A stretch of DNA of 61,128 nucleotides, the filler included. It is 3 parts of 3 records of this genome, joined end to end, with 100 filler letters (N's around TTAATTAATTAA, not from the genome) between each part and the next. Parts side by side here need not be neighbours in the genome. Positions count along the whole stretch, not along the records: positions 1 to 31,926 come from SRR20825019_1116; 2 more parts are not named here. One strand, given 5' to 3'. Both the position numbers and the translations under genes were made by a program. Position 1 is the first letter of the stretch. Each line of letters begins with the position of its first letter. The notes below the pieces were generated by a model. That model worked only from the letters and a program-made list of their open reading frames with translations, had not been told where the DNA came from and ran no database searches. Of the stretch, positions 18,893 through 28,754 are shown piece by piece.

Positions 18893-20621
18893 TGCCTGAC
18901 AAATGCTCGTCTTTGCCCGGGGTCATGCCTTCCCGGAGTTTCCGGTCGAGCTGCGTCGCCAGTTCGGGATCCGGGTCCATTTCCAGAGAGCGGCGCCATT
19001 GATAGGCTGCTTCGCGATGGCGCCCGACCCGCCAATAAGCATCGCCGAGATGATCGTTTATGACCGCATCGCCCGGCCGGAGCTGCACGGCGCGTTCAAG
19101 GTGCGGAACCGCTTCCTTGTGCTGGCCGGTGCGGTAGAGAACCCAGCCGAGGCTGTCCACGATATAGCCGTCGTCGGGGCGTTGCTGGACGGCGCGCTCG
19201 ATCAGGGCCTGCGCTTCCTTCAGGTTGCGTCCTTGCTCGACCCAGGAATAGCCGAGATAGTTCATGACATAGGGCTGTTCCGGCGCGAGCTTCAGGGCGG
19301 TCAGAAAATCGGCTTCCGCCCGCTCCCATTTTTTCGCCCGCTCCAGCGCGATGCCCCGTGTGTAATAGAGCGTCCAGTCCTGTGCCGCGGCCTCTCCGAG
19401 CTTGTCGAAGGCCTTGTCATAGACCGTAATTGCCGCATCCCAGTCCTCGCTTGCCCGCAATGTATCCGCCAGCCGGACCAGCACGGTTCCGTTGTCCGGG
19501 TAGGTCTTTGCCAGATCCTGCAGCACGGCAAGGGCGCTGTCCCGGTCGCCTTCGGCATCATATGCGGATGCGGTCCGGAGACGGGCCATCATGTGATAGA
19601 TGGAGTCCTGACCGATGTCGGCATAGATCTTCAAGGCATCGCCGTGCCGGCTGCGATCGTCGAGAATTTCGCCCACAAGCAGCCGGGCAAGCGGGAAGTC
19701 CGGCCGCATATAGAGCGCAAGCCGCGCATAAATCAGCGCAATCTCGCTGCCCCGGTCCCGTTGCAGCGCGCTGGCGATATCGAAGAGCGCCTCCGCGACG
19801 CCGTCGCTGGCAGTTGAGACCAGGCCCTTGGCTTGCTGTCCTGCTTCCGCGGCGGCGAGTGCCGCCGTCAGGGCCTCTGTATTTTGATCCGAGAGATCGC
19901 CACCAGCCAGAATTTCCCGGGCCCTGTCACCATGTCCGAGTTTCGCGTAATGCAGCGCCGCACCGATCCGCAGACGTGCGGGCGGGCGGTCCATGCCCTT
20001 CAACGCGGCCTTGAAAGCGGAGTCGAGGGCCTGGAAATCACCTTTCAGCGCGGCGATATAACCCGCATGCAACTCGGCAAGGAGGCCGAAGCCGCCCTGT
20101 TGGCGTATTCCGTCGAGATGCGCTTCGGATGCCGTCCAATTGCCGGTGCCGGCTTCGACCCAGGCAAGCAACAGCGGGCGCAGGATCTGGGTCAGCCGGG
20201 ATTCCGCGAGCGCATCGAGGTGCGCGCGGGCAGCGTCGTAATCGTTCTGTTTCAGGGCCGTGAGCGCAAGTGCAAGCCGCCCGAAAGCATTGCTGTCCTG
20301 CAGTTTGACCAGTTTTTCGGCCAGATCCAGGGCCTCGGCCGTCTTGCCGTCCACGACTTGCGCCAGGAAGGCCCGTTGCATCAGCCCGGGATTGCCCGGG
20401 TCGGCCTCAAGCACGGCCGCGAAATTCTGGGCGGCGGCGCTGAGGTCGCTGGTCCGGTAGGCATGCAGGGCGTTCAGATAGTCGCCGGAGACAGTGTCGC
20501 GGATGGGCACGTCAGGCAGCGCGCCCGGCCCACCCGATCCCATTCCGGCACAGGCGGAAAGAGACAGAGCCGCCAGAACCGCAAATATGGCGGTTCCTTT
20601 TCGCGATCCTGATGCAGTCAT
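18885..20621 (-). CDS. TPR-repeat lipoprotein
   Basis: Lipobox LSAC; TPRs incl. VMNYLGYSWVE, GYIVDSLGWVLY, INDHLGDAYW; conserved neighbour of ispE and ETF-QO. Confidence 0.88.
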   Translation of the reverse strand: MTASGSRKGTAIFAVLAALSLSACAGMGSGGPGALPDVPIRDTVSGDYLNALHAYRTSDLSAAAQNFAAVLEADPGNPGLMQRAFLAQVVDGKTAEALDLAEKLVKLQDSNAFGRLALALTALKQNDYDAARAHLDALAESRLTQILRPLLLAWVEAGTGNWTASEAHLDGIRQQGGFGLLAELHAGYIAALKGDFQALDSAFKAALKGMDRPPARLRIGAALHYAKLGHGDRAREILAGGDLSDQNTEALTAALAAAEAGQQAKGLVSTASDGVAEALFDIASALQRDRGSEIALIYARLALYMRPDFPLARLLVGEILDDRSRHGDALKIYADIGQDSIYHMMARLRTASAYDAEGDRDSALAVLQDLAKTYPDNGTVLVRLADTLRASEDWDAAITVYDKAFDKLGEAAAQDWTLYYTRGIALERAKKWERAEADFLTALKLAPEQPYVMNYLGYSWVEQGRNLKEAQALIERAVQQRPDDGYIVDSLGWVLYRTGQHKEAVPHLERAVQLRPGDAVINDHLGDAYWRVGRHREAAYQWRRSLEMDPDPELATQLDRKLREGMTPGKDEHLSGNG

Positions 20622-20676
20622 TGGGTTTGCCTCCGTCTCCGGCTCGTCGCCGTTCCGCGTTCGAGTATCCAGCCGA

Positions 20677-22311
20677 TCACATATTCGGATAGTTCGGACC
20701 GCCGCCGCCTTCCGGCACCACCCAGTTGATGTTCTGGGTCGGGTCCTTGATATCGCAGGTCTTGCAGTGCACGCAGTTCTGCGCGTTGATCTGCAGCCTT
20801 GGGTTAGACCCGTCATCGTCCCGCATTATTTCATAGACGCCTGCCGGGCAGTATCGCTGCTCCGGAGCGTCATAGAGCGGAAGATTGTAATCGACCGGTA
20901 TGCTCGGGTCTTTCAGGGTGAGGTGTGCCGGCTGGTTTTCCTCATGGTTCGTGTTTGAGAGAAACACGGATGACAGCCGGTCGAAACTCACTTTTCCGTC
21001 GGGTTTCGGATAGGTGATTTTTTCGCACTGTGCTGCCGGGCGCAAACTTTCGTGATCGTGATGATGGTGCAGGGTCCAGGGGCTCTTGCCCTTGAGCAGG
21101 GTCTCGACCCCGGCATTCGCCATGCCCATCAGGAAACCGGCCTTGAAGCCCGGGCGGATATTGCGGACTGCCTTCAGCTCGTCCCAGACCCAGGTTTTTT
21201 CCATCCGGGTGCGGTAGTCGGAGATTTCCATACCGGCGCCGGCACCGTCCTTCATGGTGTCGAACAGGGCTTCCGCGGCCGTCATGCCGGACTTCATCGC
21301 CGTATGAGAGCCCTTGATCTTCGGCACGTTCAGGAAGCCTGCCGAGCAGCCGAGAATGGCGCCACCCGGGAAAGTGATCTTCGGGATGGACTGAAAGCCG
21401 CCTTCGTTGATCGCCCGTGCGCCGTAGGAAATCCGGCGGCCGCCTTCGAAGAAGGGACGGATCTTCGGATGCGTCTTGTAACGCTGGAATTCCTCGAACG
21501 GGCTCATGTGCGGGTTCTCGTAATCGAGACCGATCACATAGCCCACCGCGACCTGGTTATCTTCCAGGTGATAGAGGAAGGAGCCGCCATAGGTCTTGCC
21601 GTCCATCGGCCAGCCAACGGTATGCACGACCAGGCCTTGCTGATGCACGGCCGGATCGACTTCCCAGAGCTCCTTGATGCCGATCCCGTAGGTCTGCGGA
21701 TCAACGCCCTCGCGCAGGTCGAAGCGCTCGAACAGGGTCTTGGTCAGCGATCCGCGCACACCCTCGGCGAACAGCGTCTGCTTGGCATGCAGCTCGATGC
21801 CCTGGGTGTAGTTCGCGGTCTGCTCGCCGTCCTTGCCGATGCCCATGTCGCCGGTGGCGACACCGCGCACCGCGCCATTTTCGTCATAGAGCACTTCGGC
21901 GGCGGCGAAGCCCGGATAGATCTCGACGCCCAGCGCCTCGGCCTGCTCGGCCAGCCAGCGGCAGACATTGCCGAGACTGACAATGTAATTGCCGTGATTG
22001 TTCATCTGCGGCGGGCAGGGGGCCTGGAAACCGGACTTGCGGGTGAGGAACATGAACCGGTCTTGTGTTACCGGGGTGTTCAAGGGCGCGCCGCGCTCCT
22101 GCCAGTCCGGGAACAGCTCGGCCATTGCCCGCGGCTCCATCACGGCGCCGGACAGAATATGGGCACCGACCTCCGAGCCTTTTTCCAGCACACAGACACT
22201 CAGGTCCTGGCCGTGTTCCGCGCTCAGTTGACGCAACCGGATGGCGGCCGACAGGCCGGAGGGGCCGGCTCCGACGATCACGACGTCGTATTCCATCGAC
22301 TCGCGTTCCAT
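20677..22311 (-). CDS. Electron transfer flavoprotein-ubiquinone oxidoreductase
   Basis: [35 protein letters not shown]-terminal CPAGVYE and [16 protein letters not shown] 4Fe-4S motif. Confidence 0.97.
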   Translation of the reverse strand: MERESMEYDVVIVGAGPSGLSAAIRLRQLSAEHGQDLSVCVLEKGSEVGAHILSGAVMEPRAMAELFPDWQERGAPLNTPVTQDRFMFLTRKSGFQAPCPPQMNNHGNYIVSLGNVCRWLAEQAEALGVEIYPGFAAAEVLYDENGAVRGVATGDMGIGKDGEQTANYTQGIELHAKQTLFAEGVRGSLTKTLFERFDLREGVDPQTYGIGIKELWEVDPAVHQQGLVVHTVGWPMDGKTYGGSFLYHLEDNQVAVGYVIGLDYENPHMSPFEEFQRYKTHPKIRPFFEGGRRISYGARAINEGGFQSIPKITFPGGAILGCSAGFLNVPKIKGSHTAMKSGMTAAEALFDTMKDGAGAGMEISDYRTRMEKTWVWDELKAVRNIRPGFKAGFLMGMANAGVETLLKGKSPWTLHHHHDHESLRPAAQCEKITYPKPDGKVSFDRLSSVFLSNTNHEENQPAHLTLKDPSIPVDYNLPLYDAPEQRYCPAGVYEIMRDDDGSNPRLQINAQNCVHCKTCDIKDPTQNINWVVPEGGGGPNYPNM

Positions 22312-22421
22312 GAACCTCTCCAAATCGTTTCTTACACAGGTTACTGTCTTACTTGGCACAGCTCTTTTGTCGCGACAAGCGACGCGAGAGGCCGTGCGGC
22401 AAGATTGAGGGAACGAAATCA

Positions 22422-23282
22422 GTGGACTTAACGCCGGAACAGAATGCAATGCCGCCGGAGGTGCTGCTCGAATGGTATGTCGAGCTCGGCGCCGACGAGG
22501 CGATCGGGGATGTGGAAACGAACTGGTTCGCCGTATCTCCGGCAGCCGCCGTTCCGGCGGCGCCGACGGTGAATACCGGCGCTCTTGCCCCGGCCGCTCT
22601 GCAGGTATCGGCGGCGCCTTCTGGAGCCGCTGTTTCTGGCGCCCCGGGGCAGGCCCGGCCCCGGTCGGGTGCTGAACCGGCAACGGACATAGCGGCCAGC
22701 GCGCTTGCCGCCGGCGCCCAGTCTCTTGGGGAATTGCGCGCGGCACTGGAAGGCCTGGAAGGGTTTCCGCTCAAGGTGACGGCGACGAACCTTGTCTTCG
22801 GCGAGGGCGTCGAGACGCCGGATGTCATGTTTATCGGAGAGGCGCCGGGCGCCGATGAAGACCGGCAGGGCCGTCCCTTTGTGGGGGCCAGCGGCAGACT
22901 GCTTGACCGGATGATGCGGTCGATCGGCCTGGACCGGGCTGAAAACGCCTACATCACGAATATTCTGCCCTGGCGGCCGCCGGGGAACCGGGAGCCGACC
23001 GCCGCCGAAATCGCAATCTGCCTGCCCTTTATACGGCGTCATATCGCGCTGGTGCGTCCGCGCATTGTGGTCCCCGTGGGAGGGACGGCGGCAAAAACAC
23101 TGCTGGATCAGCGCCAGGGCATCATGCGCCTGCGTGGACGGCGCTTCGAATTCTCCGATCCGGACCTGGAACAGCCTTTGCCCGCAGTGCCGCTGTTTCA
23201 CCCGGCTTTCCTGCTCCGGTCGGCCGGTCAGAAGGCGCTGGCATGGCGCGATTTATTGACAATAAAGCAAATTATTCAATAA
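22422..23282 (+). CDS. Uracil-DNA glycosylase, family 4
   Basis: [37 protein letters not shown]. Confidence 0.93.
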   Translation: MDLTPEQNAMPPEVLLEWYVELGADEAIGDVETNWFAVSPAAAVPAAPTVNTGALAPAALQVSAAPSGAAVSGAPGQARPRSGAEPATDIAASALAAGAQSLGELRAALEGLEGFPLKVTATNLVFGEGVETPDVMFIGEAPGADEDRQGRPFVGASGRLLDRMMRSIGLDRAENAYITNILPWRPPGNREPTAAEIAICLPFIRRHIALVRPRIVVPVGGTAAKTLLDQRQGIMRLRGRRFEFSDPDLEQPLPAVPLFHPAFLLRSAGQKALAWRDLLTIKQIIQ

Positions 23283-23492
23283 ATTAGCGCAGTTCATTCA
23301 ATTAATTTTATAGGAAAACAGGATTCGTTTCTTTCATTATATATTTACTATATAAGTAGTTGATGTTAATAAAGGTATTACCGTGTATTCACTCATTACA
23401 TCAAAGCCCATACTTAAGTAGTTGTGGTAATTGACACGCATGCGTTAAGCGAAATCGCTGCTTGAGATTGGTCTTCGCATGCCCTACTTAGC

Positions 23493-25385
23493 GTGGTCAT
23501 GACCGAAGCTGTGAAACCGAATCCTCGCCGGTTCAAGTGGTTCTCCATGCCGGTGATCGCGGGTGCGATTCTTGGCATTGCCGCGGCGATATCGACATAT
23601 ACCGGGCCTGTGGCCGCCGCTGCTCGCGGCGACGAGATGCTGTCGCGCGCCTCGGCTCTTGGTGTCGTGGATTCCGATCCGGTGGTGCCGCGTATTCGCT
23701 ATGACATTGTCAGCGCTCTGGATGCGGAGCGGTATCAGGCCATTTTCACCCTGCAGGAAGCCGGAAACTGGAGTGCCGCAGACAAGCTGATCGCGGCGCT
23801 GGAAGACCGGGTTCTGATGGGCCATGTGCTGTATCAGCGTTACATGCACCCGACTGCTTACAGGTCTTCCTATAAGGAGCTGAAAAACTGGATGGCGCAC
23901 TATGCGGACCATCCGGGAGCCCGGAAGATCTACAGGCTGGCCTTGAGCCGGAAGCCGAAGAACTGGAAGGCGCCTGCGCGTCCCCAGAAGGGGTATCTGA
24001 CCGGCAGCGGCGCATCCCAGGTGAATGGCGCGGTCGAGCCGCAGCAGCACCTGTTCCGCAATGGCCCCAAAGTGTCCCGTCAGGGGCGCCGGGTGATCCG
24101 GGAAATCCGCCGTTTCGTTCGGAACGGATACCCAACGGGCGGGGTTAAATATCTCAATTCCAAGGCCGGACGCTCCCTTGGCGGCACGGATCGCGCCCAT
24201 GCGCTGGCGGAGATCGCACATGGCTATTTCGTCTTCAATGTTGATGATAAAGCCATTCGTTACGCTCTCGAAAGCATCAAGCTTTCGAAAGGCCTGATCC
24301 CGACAGCGCACTGGACGGCGGGTCTTGCCCTGTGGCGTGAGGGCCAGCATGACGAGGCATCCGGCCATTTTGAATCGCTGGCTCGGGCGCCCGATGTTTC
24401 CCGCTGGGTGAAGGCGGCCGGTGCCTATTGGGCATCGCGTGCTCATCTCGCCGAACGGCGGCCACGGCAGGCGACGCTCTGGCTGGCCCAGGCGGCGACT
24501 CACTCGGCGACCTTCTATGGCCTTCTGGCGCGCCGCGCGCTCGGCATCGACATGCCGCTCGACTGGACATTGCCGGAGCTGGACGCGGATACAAGAGAAG
24601 CACTGATCAATTCAAATGGCGGGCGCCGGACCTTTGCTCTGCTGCAAATAGGCCGGACCGACTTGGCGGAAAAGGAATTGCGCCGACTTTACCCGGTGCT
24701 GCCCGACTTCATGCATGGCGCGATCATGACGATTGCCGTCGGCAACGGCATGCCGGGTCTTGCCATGCGAATCGCGGGAATCCTTAAGGCGCGGGGGGAT
24801 CGCCCCTATTATGCGGCCTTTTATCCCCTGCCTGATTGGCAGCTCGATTCCATCGCCGGGATCGACAAGGCGCTGATCTATGCCATTGCCCGGCAGGAAT
24901 CCAAGTTCAATGCGACGGCCCGCAGCGGGCGCGGGGCGATTGGCGTCATGCAGATCATGCCGCGCACGGCGGCCTTCGTTGCCAATGACCGCAGTTTCCG
25001 CAGCCGGGACGGCCGCAAGGCATTGATGAACCCGTCCCTCAACCTGAAGCTCGGGCAGGAATATGTCGGCCATCTGCTGAAGCAGGACAGTGTCAATGAA
25101 GGTCTGTTCCAGCTTCTGGCGGCTTACAATGCAGGTCCGGGCACGTTGCGTAAATGGACGCGGAAGCTCGATTTCAAGGAAGATCCGCTGCTGTTCATAG
25201 AATCCATCCCGCGGCACGAGACGCGCGAATTCATCGAGCGGGTTCTGACCAATCTGTGGATGTACAGGCTGCGTCTCGGCCAGCCGGCGCCGTCGCTGGA
25301 TCACATTGCCGCCGGATCGTGGCCGCGTTATGAATCAATAGACATTTCGCAGCAGCCTGGCGGCCCGAAACATGCCCGGAATTGA
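23493..25385 (+). CDS. Lytic transglycosylase (SLT domain)
   Basis: AIARQESKF, GAIGVMQIMPRTA, AAYNAGPG, FIESIP.HETREF. Confidence 0.92.
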   Translation: MVMTEAVKPNPRRFKWFSMPVIAGAILGIAAAISTYTGPVAAAARGDEMLSRASALGVVDSDPVVPRIRYDIVSALDAERYQAIFTLQEAGNWSAADKLIAALEDRVLMGHVLYQRYMHPTAYRSSYKELKNWMAHYADHPGARKIYRLALSRKPKNWKAPARPQKGYLTGSGASQVNGAVEPQQHLFRNGPKVSRQGRRVIREIRRFVRNGYPTGGVKYLNSKAGRSLGGTDRAHALAEIAHGYFVFNVDDKAIRYALESIKLSKGLIPTAHWTAGLALWREGQHDEASGHFESLARAPDVSRWVKAAGAYWASRAHLAERRPRQATLWLAQAATHSATFYGLLARRALGIDMPLDWTLPELDADTREALINSNGGRRTFALLQIGRTDLAEKELRRLYPVLPDFMHGAIMTIAVGNGMPGLAMRIAGILKARGDRPYYAAFYPLPDWQLDSIAGIDKALIYAIARQESKFNATARSGRGAIGVMQIMPRTAAFVANDRSFRSRDGRKALMNPSLNLKLGQEYVGHLLKQDSVNEGLFQLLAAYNAGPGTLRKWTRKLDFKEDPLLFIESIPRHETREFIERVLTNLWMYRLRLGQPAPSLDHIAAGSWPRYESIDISQQPGGPKHARN

Positions 25386-25923
25386 TGAGTCCCGTCCCTT
25401 CGTTCCCGTTAACATCGCGATCCTGACGGTCTCGGACACCCGCACTCTTGATGATGACCGTTCCGGCGACACGCTGGTCCAGCGGCTGACCGATGCCGGT
25501 CATATCCTGGCGGACCGGAAGATCGTGACGGATGACGTTCCGGCGATTGCCGGGCAGCTCACATCCTGGATCGATGATGACGGCATCGACGTGGTGATCT
25601 CGACCGGCGGCACCGGATTGACCGGCCGGGACGTGACGCCGGAAGCCTTCCGCTCCGTCTTCGAGAAGGAAATAGAGGGCTTCGGAGAGCTGTTCCGCTG
25701 GCTCAGCTTCCAGAAAATCGGCACCTCGACCATCCAGTCGCGGGCCATCGCGGGGGTTACGCGCGGCACCTATCTTTTTGCCCTGCCGGGCTCTACCGGT
25801 GCCTGCAAGGATGCCTGGGACGATATCCTGGCAAATCAGCTCGATATCCGGTTCCGGCCCTGCAATTTCGTCGAGATCATGCCGCGCCTGCGCGAGCACG
25901 AGCTGTTCGGGCGCTCCGGCTGA
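25372..25923 (+). CDS. moaB: Molybdenum cofactor biosynthesis protein B
   Basis: AILTVSDTR, STGGTGLTGRDVTPEA, IGTSTIQSRA, LPGSTGAC, RPCNFVE. Confidence 0.95.
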   Translation: MPGIDESRPFVPVNIAILTVSDTRTLDDDRSGDTLVQRLTDAGHILADRKIVTDDVPAIAGQLTSWIDDDGIDVVISTGGTGLTGRDVTPEAFRSVFEKEIEGFGELFRWLSFQKIGTSTIQSRAIAGVTRGTYLFALPGSTGACKDAWDDILANQLDIRFRPCNFVEIMPRLREHELFGRSG

Positions 25924-26506
25924 CGCGGCTTGTTGCTGCGGCCAGATCCGGGCCTTCGTCCACATCCTGCATTTCCGCGACAAAACCGGCCCTCGTGCCT
26001 GACCGAAGGCCGGCCAATGTGTCCTCAAGCGCCCACTCGGTGGACCAGCGGACATCCGTGAACGGGTTGCCCCTGTAGCGCGGTGAGAAGCCGACCAGCC
26101 AGTATCCGCCATCGGCGGAAGGCCCGAACACCACGTCATTTTTCCCAAGTGCCCTGAAAGCCGCGGCAATGTGCCGTGGTTCGATCCCCGGAATATCGCT
26201 GCCGATGAGCACGGCATGGCCCTTGCCGGCGCCTTGCAGGGCTTTGTGCATCCGTTGACCGAGATTGCCGCGCGCCTGATGGCTGAACTGCCAGGGTTTC
26301 GGCCAGGGCCAGGCGGCGGCGTGGTGCGGGGCCGCGATGATGTGGCAGTTCCAGCGTTTAGCGAGGCCGAGCCGCCGCAGGGTCGCCGCAAGATTCCGCC
26401 GGTACCAGCGGGTCGCGGCCCCGGCGCCGATATCCCGGGCGAGACGGCTTTTCACCAGCCCCCGGCGGGGCGTTTTCGCGAAGACGATAAGGGTATTGCG
26501 GGCCAT
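25877..26506 (-). CDS. DUF2064/TIGR04282-type glycosyltransferase-like protein
   Basis: FAKTPRRGLVKSRLA, LGQRM, LIGSDIP, GPSADGGYWLVG, DVDEGPDL. Confidence 0.88.
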   Translation of the reverse strand: MARNTLIVFAKTPRRGLVKSRLARDIGAGAATRWYRRNLAATLRRLGLAKRWNCHIIAAPHHAAAWPWPKPWQFSHQARGNLGQRMHKALQGAGKGHAVLIGSDIPGIEPRHIAAAFRALGKNDVVFGPSADGGYWLVGFSPRYRGNPFTDVRWSTEWALEDTLAGLRSGTRAGFVAEMQDVDEGPDLAAATSRVSRSARTARARAGAA

Positions 26507-26508
26507 CT

Positions 26509-27303
26509 CTAACTGTAGATCCGGGCGATCAGCCGGGGCGGAACCCGGAGGAAGAAAAGCGTCAGGCAGAACAGGTTGCGCAGGGCACGGCGGAGATATC
26601 CGGCGCGCACATAACGCTCCGCCGAGGTGATGGCCTTGATATCGAACAGGGCAAGGCGGCTCATGCCGACGCGGCGGACGAAATCCACATCCTCCATCAA
26701 CGGAATCTCCTTGTAGCCGCCGAGCCGGCGATAGAAGCGCCGGTGGATCAGCAGACCCTGATCCCCATAGGGCAGACCGAGCCAGCGATTGCGCCAGCGC
26801 ACCATACCCTCGAGCCGCCGCGCGGCCGGGCTGTCATCGTCCAGTGCGAAGGTGAAGACGGCCCCCCGCTCCCGGTTCCGGTCATTACTGGCGAAGACCA
26901 TCACGCTCGCCGCCCAGCCGCGTTCCAGGGCGGTGTCGCCATGCAGGAAGAGGAGCCAGTCCCCTTTGGCCGCCCTGGCGCCTGCCGCGAGCTGAATGCC
27001 GCGACCGGGGGCACTCTCGATCACCCTGGTCCCGGCCGCCTCGGCGATGTCCCGCGTCGCGTCGGTGGAGCCGCCATCGGCAATGATGATTTCCGGCGCG
27101 AAGCCCGAGCGCTCGGCGCTTGCGAGGGAGTCGAGGGTCCGCTTCAGGCCTTTCTCCGCATTAAGGCAGGGGATGATGACACTGATCGACAGGTCCGGCG
27201 CCGGTGCGCCGATGCGGCGGCCGTGTGCGTCCAGCGGCCCGAGGGCGCCTGGCAGCGGCACCCGCCACAGATCTTCATTCTTCGATGTGTCCGATGATCC
27301 CAA
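26509..27303 (-). CDS. GT2/TIGR04283-type glycosyltransferase
   Basis: SVIIPCLN, ADGGSTDAT, LFLHGDT, PYGDQGL, PLMEDV. Confidence 0.88.
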   Translation of the reverse strand: MGSSDTSKNEDLWRVPLPGALGPLDAHGRRIGAPAPDLSISVIIPCLNAEKGLKRTLDSLASAERSGFAPEIIIADGGSTDATRDIAEAAGTRVIESAPGRGIQLAAGARAAKGDWLLFLHGDTALERGWAASVMVFASNDRNRERGAVFTFALDDDSPAARRLEGMVRWRNRWLGLPYGDQGLLIHRRFYRRLGGYKEIPLMEDVDFVRRVGMSRLALFDIKAITSAERYVRAGYLRRALRNLFCLTLFFLRVPPRLIARIYS

Positions 27304-27412
27304 GGCCGGTCCTTATTTTTCCGCAATACTGCTTCGTGTGCTAACAGAAGGGCATATGATCCTGCCAGTGCGGCAGGGAACTCAATTAGACCATTTCAGA
27401 GCATTCGCGGCC

Positions 27413-28474
27413 ATGACGACCGACCTCGACCTGCGCAATCTCCACGCCGAGCTGATGAAGCTCAAGATCTTCCCTATGCTTGCTCTCGAAGATCTGATCA
27501 GGCTGCCGTCGCGCGGCCTGACCCATGATCACGTTCTGCTGGGCGACAGGCCGTGGCAGGGAAAGCGTTTGCTGGCCCGTATTCCGCGCTTGGTCCGGCG
27601 TGACGTGACCCCGGAAGATGCACTCTCCCTGCAGGCGGAATGTTTCCGGCGCGCGGGTCCGAGCCGCCATACGCCTGTTCTGCATGGCCATCTCGACCCG
27701 AGCCCGCGGCTGCCGAACGGCGCGCTGATCGTCGATGCGGTCGAGGGCCGGGCGGTGGATCTTTCGAAGGATCTGCTGCAGCTCGCCGAAACTCTGGCCA
27801 GCGTACATCGGCTGCCGACCCCCGATGATCCGGCACCGCTTGCCTGGACCCCGCGTCCGGTGGAAGCGCTTGTCAGTCTGATCGAGGATCAGGCGGAATT
27901 CATCCCGGCTTTGGTGCAGGACCGGCAAGCCCGTGCCATTCTCGATGAAGAACGCCAATGGGCGCGCGCCTTTGCCGCCGAGCATGGCCGGGCGCCCTTG
28001 CCGCCGGCGCTTGTGCTGACAGATACGCATCCCGGGAACTATGTCATCCAGAAGGACGGCCGCGCGATCTTCGTCGATATGGAGAAGACCCAGTACGGCT
28101 CGCCCGCCATCGATCTCGCCCATGCCAGCCTCTACACCTCCGTGACCTGGGATCCGGAGGTGAGCGGCGAGCTCAGCAATGAGGATGTCGCGAATTTCTA
28201 CGATACCTACCGGACGGCAGTGCCGCCGTCGCTGGCCCGCGTCCTGGAGCCCTGGTTCCTGCCGTTCCGCCGCCTGACCTGGCTGCGCACCACGAGCTGG
28301 GGCTGTCGCTGGTATGCGGAGAATGAAAGCCAGGTGTCGCGTGGCGGCGATCAGAGCCAGCGGGACCGGATGCTGTCCGGTGTTCTCGACCGCTTGCGCC
28401 GGATGGTGCGGCCGGAGATCATGGAGCGGGTGCGCCGGGAATGGCACGGCCCGGACAAGCTGGTGCTCGATTAG
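27413..28474 (+). CDS. APH/choline kinase-like phosphotransferase
   Basis: Brenner-like TDTHPGN and FVDMEK motifs, GSPAIDLAHA. Confidence 0.75.
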   Translation: MTTDLDLRNLHAELMKLKIFPMLALEDLIRLPSRGLTHDHVLLGDRPWQGKRLLARIPRLVRRDVTPEDALSLQAECFRRAGPSRHTPVLHGHLDPSPRLPNGALIVDAVEGRAVDLSKDLLQLAETLASVHRLPTPDDPAPLAWTPRPVEALVSLIEDQAEFIPALVQDRQARAILDEERQWARAFAAEHGRAPLPPALVLTDTHPGNYVIQKDGRAIFVDMEKTQYGSPAIDLAHASLYTSVTWDPEVSGELSNEDVANFYDTYRTAVPPSLARVLEPWFLPFRRLTWLRTTSWGCRWYAENESQVSRGGDQSQRDRMLSGVLDRLRRMVRPEIMERVRREWHGPDKLVLD

Positions 28475-28503
28475 GCTGCGGCGCAGCGCGGGGAGGAGGG
28501 TCA

Positions 28504-28713
28504 ATGAGTGGCAAGATCGTCAATCTGCGGCAGGCCCGCAAACGCAAGACCCGCGCGGCCGCTGAAGAGAAGGCGGCTGACAACAGGGTGAAGTTCGGAC
28601 GCACAAAAGAACAGCAAGCCGAGGATGCAGCGGCTTCCGCGCGCCGGGACAAGGCGGTGGAGCAGCTTGAGCGGCATCGCATGGAACCTGATGATCCGCC
28701 GTCCGAAACCTGA
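28504..28713 (+). CDS. DUF4169 family small protein
   Basis: IVNLRQARKRK...NRVKFGRTKEQ; SD GGAGG. Confidence 0.85.
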   Translation: MSGKIVNLRQARKRKTRAAAEEKAADNRVKFGRTKEQQAEDAAASARRDKAVEQLERHRMEPDDPPSET

Positions 28714-28715
28714 TT

Positions 28716-28730
28716 GTTCTTGTTTTGTTC
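28716..28730 (+). promoter_or_regulatory. Alphaproteobacterial LexA (SOS) box
   Basis: GTTC-TTGTTTT-GTTC is an exact GTTC-N7-GTTC, 24 bp upstream of the radical SAM ATG. Confidence 0.75.
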
Positions 28731-28754
28731 CTTTGCTGGGTTTACGATCCAGCC

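Noticed and set aside
22353-22372. TTGGCAC as a sigma-54 -24 box between ETF-QO and UDG
   Set aside because: There is no TTGC at the correct -12 spacing.
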